The notes beneath the pieces are model-generated. The model ran no database searches, was not told where the DNA came from, and saw nothing but the letters and a program-made list of their open reading frames with translations. DNA of 63,988 nt, counting the filler, from Porpidia crustulata (Eukaryota), in the NCBI GenBank assembly GCA_964255105.1. It is 6 parts of 6 records of this genome, joined end to end, with 100 filler letters (N's around TTAATTAATTAA, not from the genome) between each part and the next. Parts side by side here need not be neighbours in the genome. Positions count along the whole stretch, not along the records: positions 32,583 to 43,321 come from CAXUWE010000733.1; positions 43,422 to 54,148 come from CAXUWE010000734.1; 4 more parts are not named here. One strand, written 5' to 3'. The translations under genes were made by a program, and so were the position numbers. Shown in pieces: positions 37,948 to 48,307 of the stretch (the first letter of the stretch is position 1; every line of letters starts with the position of its first letter).

Positions 37948-38100
37948 CCCTGTAGCTTAGGCCTGGAGGTTACGTGATTCGCTAATCCTAGGCGACCCTC
38001 GTGCCCCGTAACTCGTGGCGATCCCAAGCATTTCTTTAGCCCGAAGGGTCCGGCAGGTCCCAAAGCTAAACGCAATCGGTGGGGAAATATGGGAATCCAA
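37948..38100 (-). ncRNA. Candidate structured ncRNA, H/ACA snoRNA-like
   Basis: On the minus strand, an ANANNA-matching AAAGAA (38037-38032) is followed by a hairpin with stems GCUUGGG/CCUAAGC and GUUACG/CGUAAC, then ACA (37953-37951). The 5' boundary is a guess. Confidence 0.35.
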
Positions 38101-38446
38101 CCTTTACCTATCATCCATTCTATGCCAATTCCGAACCTGATCTTCATGTTCGTCGACAATCCACAACAAATGTTGTTGATCAGCAAGGGTCGGAACGAAG
38201 AACGTGGTCAAGAAGTCGTCATTTCACCATCATCATTCGGTAATTCTTTTCACATCACATTATTGAAGCTGTCACTCACAGCGATTGATCAGCCACGAAG
38301 TATCACGCCCTCGTTGATGTAGAAAGTATATCAGGTAGATAAAGCGATATGGCCATATTGGTCAGAAGAGCATCGCTACATTGCTAACATGAAGGCGTCT
38401 ACATCAGAACAATAAACCACAGCCCCCAACCGCGAGATTTCATATA

Positions 38447-41400
38447 TCATACCGCCATTTCCACATCCGAGCCAGATTCTTCGGCATATCCAGACATCTT
38501 CTTTGGTCGACGATCGGCCGCATCGTAAACCCCCAAAGCCTGCCACATCTCTTGCTCCTCTATTTCTGATAATACGTTCGGATGTTGCTCCACATAGCTT
38601 TTCCTTATATTCATCGCTTTCTCGTCCCACGCCGCCAGCCGGTCGTTGAATGTGGCGGCACTCTCGGTGTTGGCCACTCGGTTGGCATTGGTCTGTTCAT
38701 GATATGGTCGTTTGACTTCATCCGAAGCCTCTCGCCACATTAGACCCAGCGCTGAGCGAACCTCATTCCTCGCGGCTTTAGCCTGTGGATTGCCTGTAGC
38801 TGCGCGACGTGCTTCGTCGCATGCTTTCTTGCAAGTGGCCCATTGGTCTTTTGTGTAAAGCAAAAAAGGATTCGATCCTGGCTTCCCGGGCTTGGAGGGC
38901 CGGTATCCGATCTCTCGGAATATAACTTCTAGAATTGCGGATTCGAAGCCATCAAGACGTGCTTGCTTGGCGACTTGTGTCTCCTTAAGAGCAGAATCGG
39001 CAGGACCGGTGCTGTGGACAACTCCGAGTATCGGATTTATAGAGATTGGAGACTCGGGCTTGTGAGGAGCCACCGCGGCTGAGACCAAAGGGCTCGGGAC
39101 CTCGATTTCTCCCAACATGGCATCGATAACTTCAGATGCCGCTCTCAAACCTGAAATGTAGGCACCGTGCACTGTAGCTGGATGAGTCCCACAGGTAGCT
39201 TCGCCTGCAAAATGAAGGTTGCCAATCGGTCGAGCCATAGCATCATAGTCCCCAGGCTCTGACATAGCTCCGACGTAAGAGTAAGTTCCACGCGCAAACC
39301 GGTCCTTTCCCCACCGGGTCACAATAGTTTCAGTAGGCTTAGGTAACACGGTTTGCTTGAACATTCGAGCTAACTCTTGCGTGACACTGGCAACTAACGT
39401 GGCGTCGCTCTCCCTTTCTGCTTGATGAGCAGCATCCCCAGCCATGAGCGCGATGAGCATGGGGAGTCCGCTTGTCTTGATGCAATTCCAAAAGAGGTAG
39501 AACCGGCCCCTGTTTGATACATAGTCTTCTTGGTCCAGACTATCGGGCACTTCTGGCTCCCTCAAAAGACCAAACATATCTTGATCAACATTCCAAAAGG
39601 GCTTATCGTATACGAGAATAAGTTTGTTAAGCGTGCCGAATCCCAAACGTTCTATGGGAGCTAGTTTCCACGGAGGTAAGGCGGGAGCAAAAGCGATAGT
39701 ATCACTCTTGAGTACACCAAGTGGCGTTGTCAACACAATCTGGTTCGCCTCCAGGACCTCACCGTCGTCACAGAGCACTCGAGCTGTGCGTTCCGGACCG
39801 TCCATAGGGTCATACGCTATCCTTGTCACAACTTTACGGGTGCGAAGATCGAGCTTATACGGATACTGCCAAATACCGCGCGGGACCTGCTGATATCCAC
39901 CTATGACTTGTGCATGTTCACCTTCGAATTCATTACCAATATCTTGATCCCAGCCACCAAGACTGAGTTTACCAACATTGACGGCGTTCGCATACTCTAG
40001 ATTTGCATAATGCCAATTCAGCAATCGTAGATCCTGAGGTGAGAGGTCTAGAAGGAATTGGTACTGTTTGACTGCCTCGTCCATCGCCGCACCTAGGGTC
40101 GGACATGTCTGTTTGGCGACAGCATCCAGGTTCATATCTCGATATGCTAACACATTCGATGCCAAACGCCATCCCATGGCTTCGGCAACGAGAGCGGGTG
40201 GAGCTTTCATACGAGAGCCTGACACCATATGCGCTTTTCCAGTGAGCTTATCCACGCCTCCAGGAACAGGCTCGAGTCCAGTGCCGCCAGCTTCCAGGGG
40301 TTCTGGAATGTGCTGGTCTTCTGTTGCACTCATAGGCAGACCTACTTCCCCGTTGGGATCTCGTCCCGATTCTATCATTTGCTTATCACCATTCGCCGTC
40401 CTTGGTGGTGCAATTCGATGCCGGTAAACGCTAGCTCTATCCAATACATCATTATACAGCTTCTCTACCATTGTATCTCGTTCTTTTTCAACAACTCTTC
40501 CATCAATATCATAGAGGGTCGAATTGTCTTTGAGAGGGTAGTAATGGAGTGCGAGCTGGCCACGTATTATCATGCTGAGAGGATTGCCGTGATCAAACCC
40601 GGTAATTATGTGGGCACCCATTTCCGCTGTACATCTTGACTGCTCGGGTATACCGGTAGGCTTTCCAAGTAATGGATGCGAGTAGACTCGTCCACCTATT
40701 CTGTTCCTACCTTCTAAAACAACCACCTTGGGTGGCTCTTCTCCTACTGAGGTCCATCTATCCCGATAGTGAGCAAACAGCCCTTCGAGCTGCCGCGCAC
40801 AACCTAAACCTGCCATGCCTGCACCTATCACGACAACGGTCTTCCTCTTGGCTCGCTTCGGCTTATATCTCTTGATCCGAATGTTGGACATGTCTGGAAT
40901 CTCTACGCAACCGAAATTGATGTAACCTTTTCGTACTAGCCATTCGTATGCAGCCTCGGCCAATCCTAGCCATCTCGAGGAGAGAGAACATCCCGCAGCT
41001 TCTTCAGGCGTTACACTGGCCAACGGATTTCTCACCCACAATCGTAGTATACGATTTCTTATGTTGAGATATGCGGTAACATGCAGATTGTAGATATGGT
41101 TTCGGAGTAGTTGATATTCATCCGCGTGAAGTGCGAACGGATTCAGCCTCGACGAGTACGCCGCATGAATACTCTGCTGAGCTAGATCAGCAGGGTACAT
41201 TTTGGAAGGAATCGAAGTCCTTGGTCGAAGGTCCGAGAATCGAAGTCTTGCCGCTTTTGACGGATTGCGACGCTTCTTAGCTGACGATGATTTTGCGGGT
41301 GGTTTTAAGGCAACTGGAGTTGTAGATTGTGCTGGAGACAGTTGAGACGACGCAGAAGACAAAGAGAAAGGATCGTTCAAGATGCTGAACGGGATTTCAT

Positions 41401-41635
41401 TATCCTCTACCTCGTCCTTGATGTACAAGGGCTCAGCGGAGGTGTAAGAAGATAAGCCTGATAGCTTTGATGGAGTGCTGCCCATTCTTCTAGATGCCGT
41501 CTCATCCGAAGCATCTGCACTTTGTGCTAGAGCATTAAAATCCAACCGCCTTAATGCATCTCCTTGAAAAGCTCTCGATTTTGGTATTTTCTCACCATTA
41601 ATACTCTTCTCACTGTCATCAATAATACCACTCAT
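38447..41635 (-). CDS. Lysine-specific histone demethylase LSD1/Aof2-like (SWIRM + FAD amine oxidase + C-terminal HMG-box-like region); may extend further 5'
   Basis: SWIRM (YLNIRNRILRLW..WLVRKGYINFG), GAGMAGL FAD motif, EGRNRIGGRV, FAGEATCGTHPATVHGAYISG, HMG-like NPFLLYTKD..LGLMWREASDEVKRPY. Confidence 0.93.
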   Translation of the reverse strand: MSGIIDDSEKSINGEKIPKSRAFQGDALRRLDFNALAQSADASDETASRRMGSTPSKLSGLSSYTSAEPLYIKDEVEDNEIPFSILNDPFSLSSASSQLSPAQSTTPVALKPPAKSSSAKKRRNPSKAARLRFSDLRPRTSIPSKMYPADLAQQSIHAAYSSRLNPFALHADEYQLLRNHIYNLHVTAYLNIRNRILRLWVRNPLASVTPEEAAGCSLSSRWLGLAEAAYEWLVRKGYINFGCVEIPDMSNIRIKRYKPKRAKRKTVVVIGAGMAGLGCARQLEGLFAHYRDRWTSVGEEPPKVVVLEGRNRIGGRVYSHPLLGKPTGIPEQSRCTAEMGAHIITGFDHGNPLSMIIRGQLALHYYPLKDNSTLYDIDGRVVEKERDTMVEKLYNDVLDRASVYRHRIAPPRTANGDKQMIESGRDPNGEVGLPMSATEDQHIPEPLEAGGTGLEPVPGGVDKLTGKAHMVSGSRMKAPPALVAEAMGWRLASNVLAYRDMNLDAVAKQTCPTLGAAMDEAVKQYQFLLDLSPQDLRLLNWHYANLEYANAVNVGKLSLGGWDQDIGNEFEGEHAQVIGGYQQVPRGIWQYPYKLDLRTRKVVTRIAYDPMDGPERTARVLCDDGEVLEANQIVLTTPLGVLKSDTIAFAPALPPWKLAPIERLGFGTLNKLILVYDKPFWNVDQDMFGLLREPEVPDSLDQEDYVSNRGRFYLFWNCIKTSGLPMLIALMAGDAAHQAERESDATLVASVTQELARMFKQTVLPKPTETIVTRWGKDRFARGTYSYVGAMSEPGDYDAMARPIGNLHFAGEATCGTHPATVHGAYISGLRAASEVIDAMLGEIEVPSPLVSAAVAPHKPESPISINPILGVVHSTGPADSALKETQVAKQARLDGFESAILEVIFREIGYRPSKPGKPGSNPFLLYTKDQWATCKKACDEARRAATGNPQAKAARNEVRSALGLMWREASDEVKRPYHEQTNANRVANTESAATFNDRLAAWDEKAMNIRKSYVEQHPNVLSEIEEQEMWQALGVYDAADRRPKKMSGYAEESGSDVEMAV

Positions 41636-43321
41636 CTCGGACGAAGGCCCATGCCTGCTGTCCTCGCTAAGTAGATGAACCGACTTTTGTGTTTTGGAAG
41701 GAGCGAGCGAATCATCGGCTGTCAGTGAAAGGCCTAAGTCTTTGAATAGTTTAGAAAATCAACTCAAAACGTAAGATGGTTCCTGGGAGACTTCACTGCT
41801 AGTATAATTTGTAGATACAAGAGGTCTTCCAACGGCATCCACCAGCCATGAAGCCTCAGCCTTCGTTTGACTCTGAGATTTCAAAAAACTCAGATCATGA
41901 TCAAACACCTCACGTCTTTGGGTGTCAACTTCGTTGGTGGCATTGGCTGTCAAGGATGACATATCCGCTGAGAACCATACAGGACACGAAAAGTGTTCAC
42001 TTTTCTCGCCTAGGATTTTATTGCGGAAGCCAACGCTGGGTTTGCGGAATTCTTTCAACTTCAGTTAGCTCTTGTTGGAGAGGTATGATCATAGTAAAAG
42101 AATGATATGCTTACTTACGCCAGGGGCGCTTTTATCGGCACTCGTCTAGTCCTCTTCAAAATTCTCGATTGGGTAAGAAATAAGACTTAGCGACTGCTTT
42201 AATGTGATAGTATGCAGTACGTCTTCGACTGATAACATCTCATTTCAGTAGCGGGTATGGAGGTTGATAGTCGACGGAAAGGGTTGATGGTTTAGGGCCG
42301 AGGGTTTCGTCCCTCTCGTTGCCACAGGGCGCCAATCTCGGCTCACAAATCCAACGACAGCACTACAATAATCGATGTTGACGACACGTAGCTCTACCCA
42401 CTTATGCTGGACAGATCATGAAAGAAGGTCTGGTATATATAGTGCTGATTCTTTCCTCTGAATCCGAACCTTCCATGAGGCACGTTCGCACCTCCATGCA
42501 TTGCATGCGCCTTCCCGCCCGTGAGCTGGTCTTGCTTATACTGAGAGATATAAGATAATAATGTCAACTCCCATCAAAGCTCACTTTCATCATCAAAGGG
42601 CTAGGATGAATATGTAGGCTAATCAAATATACCCCACCACTTCTTAGTACCTGGTAAAACACGACATTCGAAAATCGCTTCCAAGCTCGGCATGATCCAC
42701 GTACGATAACATTGAGAAGCCGATCGTTGAACCAAGAAAGAAAACCTTGTAGGAACTGGACTTCTCGCGTCTACCAGCTTAATGCGATGTTTAACAATAT
42801 ATAACCAGGAGGTTTTTCTGCGTGAAAGACAACGTCAATCACCAAGAATTCAAAGTCTGTAAGCCCGAGGGGTCGGTGTTCAATCACGAATACTACACAG
42901 TCCATAACGCCAACTGGTGCGAAGAGCATGATTTTGGTCATCCCGAGGAAACAAGATAATGATTGAATATTTCAATCATGCAAGAGCCGGTGTCCGAAGC
43001 GTAAAATCTTACCTCCACCACAAGCTTCATGGAAACCATTGTAGGAGCTTGTACAGTGTTAGAAATGAATAATCTGCCCCGACGGACAGGATATGTTTGG
43101 TGAAAAGCACAACGCTTTGCTCTTGATACTCCTATGCGAGCGTCTAGTTTTAGAATTCTATCGATTCTCATGTGCAACACATATCGTCCTACTTCTTCAT
43201 TGAATTGATCATCTCTTGATGAGTCGCCTTCTCCCGGTTCGACTCCGACAACGGTGGTATGTCTACAACGATCCAAATTAGCCGACATTGAAACCCATCG
43301 ACCGGGACAATCATACTTCTC

Positions 43322-43421
43322 NNNNNNNNNNNNNNNNNNNNNNNNNNNNNNNNNNNNNNNNNNNNTTAATTAATTAANNNNNNNNNNNNNNNNNNNNNNN
43401 NNNNNNNNNNNNNNNNNNNNN
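43322..43421. other. Artificial contig linker
   Basis: N44-TTAATTAATTAA-N44. Confidence 0.98.
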
Positions 43422-45981
43422 GGATAGGGCGATGTGGCGGATTTGCGTAAGGCGGGTGGAAAGGAATTGCATGCTGGCGTAGAGCATGCAAAGCGCTGCG
43501 ACTGAGCGGCGGTCGGAGATTATGTCATACGGTTCCAAGGGGGTTTCGTTGGTTTTGGTAATGAGGAGATTGATTTCTTCTTGCAAGAGGTCGTCTTGCT
43601 CGGAGATCTCGCCTTGCCAAAGCTTCTCCACAATGTCTCTCAGATCTCCGGCTTCTGCCATAGCTGCAGCAGCTTTCAAGCTAGCTCCTCCGCTATCAGA
43701 TTGTGTTCGAATTTTTGTCACAAGGCTTTTGTACCACACACAGCACTTATTATAGTAGGCGACCATTTGCGAGATCACCAGCTGTGTAAAGGCTTGATCC
43801 TGGGGTATGGTATCGAGTAACTGACAGAATGCCTTTATCAACCCGAAAAACGTTATGGTACCTTTGAAGATTGGTTTCAATGCATGTTGGGACCATTTTG
43901 GATCTTGCTGAAACGCATCCATCTCCATGAATGAGCGAGTGCAGAGCTCATTCACTGTTTCTTCAAGCTGTGGATGGAACACATTAACCAGAAAATCATC
44001 GAGAAACGAGGTAAGAGTGCTAATTGCAATATCTGAATCCGGAGGTACAACGTCTTTCAAGCGCTGGAGGAAAGAGAGTGACGGTGGAAGTAGAAGGCTA
44101 ATATTAAAGACACTCGGCTCAATTAGAAGCTTGTGTCCAGCCACAGGGTCGTCGGTAACAACAGTATTCTTGTTGTAGCTTGTACCCGAGCGTCTCTTCG
44201 CTTTCGACACCAATCCAGGAACCGACGCCTGAAGAATTTGATCAAGTTCTTCTTGCTCCGTAGTCAAATACTCCGATGATTTATCTATATCGAGGAACCT
44301 AAAGACCTTTTTCGATTTGTCGCGTGGATGTTTCTGGAAGATATTTGTTTCTGTGTTGGAAGGACCACCTGCCCTGTATGCCTGACTGCCGTCTGTTGCC
44401 AAGTAGTCATGCAGCAGGGACCTCATTTCGCTTTGGTAAAGCTTCCACAACTCCTTGAAACCTCCTTTTAAGTTCTCGGACTGTCTCGATCCTTCACGCT
44501 TCACAATGCCGGTCACTACTTCGTGCACAGCTCGATGGCCCTCCGCAATGGCCTCAAATTTCGAGTACAACGTGAAGAGTAGATCCTTCATGATATCGCT
44601 TCGGCCACTGCTACCATCCAGATCGAAATCCGAAAGTTTCGGCTCACCGCTCAGTATACCCCTTGAATGAATTGGATGACGAGTGTTGACCTCCTGGTTC
44701 GTCCTTTCAACTATAGCAAAAAGTTCTACTGGTAGCCGCTGTTCCATGCGGTTAACCGCGACGTCCAGATGACCAATTTTATTCAGAGACTCGATCAACA
44801 TGTGTATATAATGAAAGCTGTCGGCTTCGGGGTTCTCGGATGCATCATCACCCAGCTAAGACGGTCAGCGCATAGTTTATACAAGAATGCGCACCAGGCT
44901 CATTGCGTACCGGAGTAGAGGTATCTAACCCGTCAAGGAATCGATAAAGCGGCCTTTCCCAAGAATTTGATAACAGTGATGTAATAGTCTTGGATGGCAT
45001 TGTGTTTATTGGCTCTGGCGAATATGGTTTCCAGCGGTCATGGCAATACGGCGATTTAAGGTAAAGATGATCATGAAGCTCCTCGATCAGAATATCTGTC
45101 AGAGACGTTTCCTGGTTCGTAAAGTACATCCCGAGATCCGCCAGGGCCCCAATATTTTCCATCTCGGATTTTCTGATGATTCGCAATGCCTCTTGTAACA
45201 TATCCACTGCCGGCAGGAAATGCTTCTCAGAGACACAAGCGTCCAGCTGCTCCGGTACCATTTGCAGTTTTTCTATCTGCCCAAGCAATTGAAGCATTTC
45301 GTCATAATTTTGAGACGAAGCGCCTAGACCTTTCAGTTCTGGTTTTGTGACCATGAGATTCGCTTTCGCGGTAATCATCGAATGGCTCAATGTTCTGACC
45401 CGGTGCTGTGAAGTGTAAATGCTAGACTGGATCTTGTGGAAAGTCCCGATGGAGCTATTGAATCCCTGATGGTGCTCGTTGACTATTGCTTTCAGAGCCT
45501 TTTGAAGCTGTTTGCTTGTTCGTTGAAAATCATGGTAATCGTTTCCGCGCCCAAGTGAGCTATGGTCCATCAATTGCAAAGCAATATGAACCGGGACACA
45601 GTCGTCCTGAGTCAAGATATCCCATTTGTCATTGATATGTTCTAGCACACCTTCGATCTGTTTCGCACCCGGTCCGTTGCCATACAGCTTTGTGTTGTCC
45701 TGATCCGGACCATTTCTTTCCCTACTACCCTGGTCGCTGTGGTCCCTCCCAGGTCTTGACCGTATAAATGTTCCATTTGCCTCTTGACTAAATTCGCGTC
45801 GACGTGGTGGTGGCTCAAGCTCTGCATCTGTCGGCGCGGAGAGGTTGTTGTTCATGAACCCCCCGTACCCCCCTAGACGTGGGTCCTGGCTCCTACCCTG
45901 GTGGTCATCGCCGTAGCGATTACCGGACCTTTGGGAATAGCTCCCGTAGCCATTTGTATATCCATTGGTTCCGTTCGACAT
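43422..45981 (-). CDS. SEC8: Exocyst subunit Sec8, 3'-truncated (intron 44910-44856)
   Basis: CVPVHIALQLMDHSSLG, VNEHHQGFNSSIGTF, LIEELHDHLYLKSPY, ENPEADSFHYI, RLPVELF, GHKLLIEPSVFN. Confidence 0.93.
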
Positions 45982-47250
45982 TGCGCCAAAGACCACCTTG
46001 AAAACTTAGCTAGCTGTCGATGGCGACAGGCTGAAGCTGACGAAGCTCTGTTCCATCCTGAGGGATCCACTTGCTATACGGAAAGCGTGCGGCTCTCCAA
46101 TGTCTTCCTACTTGTCCGGATTGAATCGTCACCTTCGAGGACGGTATGATTGCGGCTTGTTATGCCGCGAGGACAAGCGCTTGACGTTTCGGTCCGTCCC
46201 GCTAGATGTGTACCATACCACGATGGTAAGCTTCTGATTCGGGTTAATCAGAAGCGAGTCTACATATACTGAGCCTTTCAGTCACAATACAACCTTACCT
46301 TTCTTCGTCGCGCTTTTGCACCGAAATCCCAGTACTGTGTCCATACATCTCACAACTGAAATCCGTGATTAAGGTTTGCTCTCGAAGCTGAAGGGAAGTC
46401 TACTCAGTGAAAGTGACTATTGACCGTTGGGTATGTTCGAGCGTGATAAGATCATGAACCGGTTGGCTTCATCTACGTCGAGAGGGACAGAGGCTCATTT
46501 TGTCACCTCGCAGCCGGTAAAGACTACCTTGAAATCCTCTAACAGGATGGCGAATTTGATCACATTCGAAACAGATGTGTTCAAGGGTCAGACTGCTGCT
46601 TGGACCGATTTGGTTTGCGGCGATAACCTAGCAGTGTCCATTGCTCTTAGATTATCTGACTATTCCAAGAACAATCCGTTTTAAAGCCATGACATCTCCG
46701 AAATTGAATGCCAGAGCATCCTAACTGTGAAACAGCTTCCGGCAGATAGGGCTCGTACTAGTCCACAAATAAAACCTCCTTCTGGCACTAGAAAACGCCT
46801 GTGTCCTGATGATATGACTCTGACATGTCTTGACAAGCTCGCGATATGCACAAGCATGAAAACCATAATCGAACCGCCGTTGCTAAAAAGGATGCCTATC
46901 ATGAATGCCTGCCTGCCTGCGTATATGCCAGCCACCGTACCCTACTTAGGAAATGAATTGAACCGCCGGTCTTTAGGACGCGATCGATCGGGAATGTCGT
47001 AAATAGCAATAAATCGAGGATCATATACACATCAGAAGATTAGTGAAGAGGTTCGTGTGGAAGTGGCAAGGGCCGGAGCGCGGCGGCGATGATGGCGATG
47101 CGTGAGGGATGCTCGATGGGTAGAAGGATCAAGGCTGATCCACATGTGAGGATTCTCGAGCTGTCGTGGGTTCAAAGACCGGTTCAGACAAGCTAGTTGC
47201 CAAAAAGCGCGCTCATAAGTCGGAAGAATATGCCTGCGAGGTATTTTTAT

Positions 47251-48307
47251 TCATGTATCACCGTCATCGTCAGTGCCAGCGGCGTCTTCGTCGTCTTTCG
47301 GCTCCAAGTTGGCCATCTGGCACGTCTTTCTCCATCGCTCGGCGTCCCAGCGAGCCCGCTGCAGCTCGTTCTTGAGTTTGTCAACACTTGCGCTTAGCTC
47401 CATGACAAGTTGGTCGGTAAGATTCTTCTCCTGGGTCCATTTATCGATGTTCCTCGTCTCGTTTGCCTTCAAAGTCGTTATGTATTCCACGGCGCGCTGT
47501 AATATGGAACCCTTATTCTTCTCGCATCCTGGGACGATCTTTGCTATTTCATTGATGCCTTCGTTAATAGTTTCTCGACGTCGTCGTTCAACTAAGTAAT
47601 CTTATTAGTCATGGCTGCGGATCCGAGGTTAAGGTTAATTCACCTTCTTTGTGATTATCTCTTCGAACTTTATGCCACTCATCGGATCCCACCGGTGGCT
47701 TACTACCGCCACCACTGGATGACTCTCGGGCAGCCTGGACTTGAGCCGCGGTGCCTCCAGGAAATGAACCAAGATTGTATGGAGTGCCTTGTGAATGATG
47801 GTTTTGGCCATCATTCTGTCCACTGATATCGAATGAGGAATCAAGCTGCGGGTCTCTGTCATTGTTTGAAGCCGTACTGGCGAAGGATAGCTCGGTAGGC
47901 TGGGGTACAGTCAGCTGTGGCATTATTCCGGCGAGCGCGGCAGCTGCGGTCGAGCTTGGGTTGGGGCCATCTGGTAAGGCATGGTTTACACCTGCAACAT
48001 GTCGTGCGAGTTGTTGAGATAAAGTACTGAAGTCGTTCGAATTGGGTGAGTCACGGAGGTGGTCAGGGAATAGGGAATGCGATAACTGGTTTGCATCGTG
48101 GTTGTGGCCGTTAATATTGTTCGACGACGATGTGCGCTTCGAACCTAATTGCTTTCCATCGCCCCCATGATGGTCTGAAGCATTGCGTTTTCGCTTATTT
48201 GACGCTTTCAATTCCTGCAGAGCATGCTCTACTGCACTTGCGGCACTCTCTTGTACGCTCGGTTCCCCATTCTCCTGCTGCGTCGTGAAGCCCATGTGGT
48301 CGGTCAT
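47251..48307 (-). CDS. CBF1: bHLH transcription factor, Cbf1/USF-like (intron 47643-47592)
   Basis: PPVGSDEWHKVRRDNHKE|VERRRRETINEGINEIAKIVPGCEKNKGSILQRAVEYI..NIDKWTQEKNLTDQ. Confidence 0.9.

Noticed and set aside
37968..38077. HDV-like ribozyme on the plus strand (7-bp GGUUACG/CGUAACU helix with G-U, CCCUCGU loop, downstream GCUAA)
   Set aside because: P2 is not adjacent to P3, L3 is too long, and the GG needed for P1.1 after P1 is missing, so the double-pseudoknot topology fails.
46427..47002. Two in-frame plus-strand ORFs separated by one TAA
   Set aside because: Both have non-ATG starts, no family motif and no splice support. They cannot be distinguished from intergenic noise.
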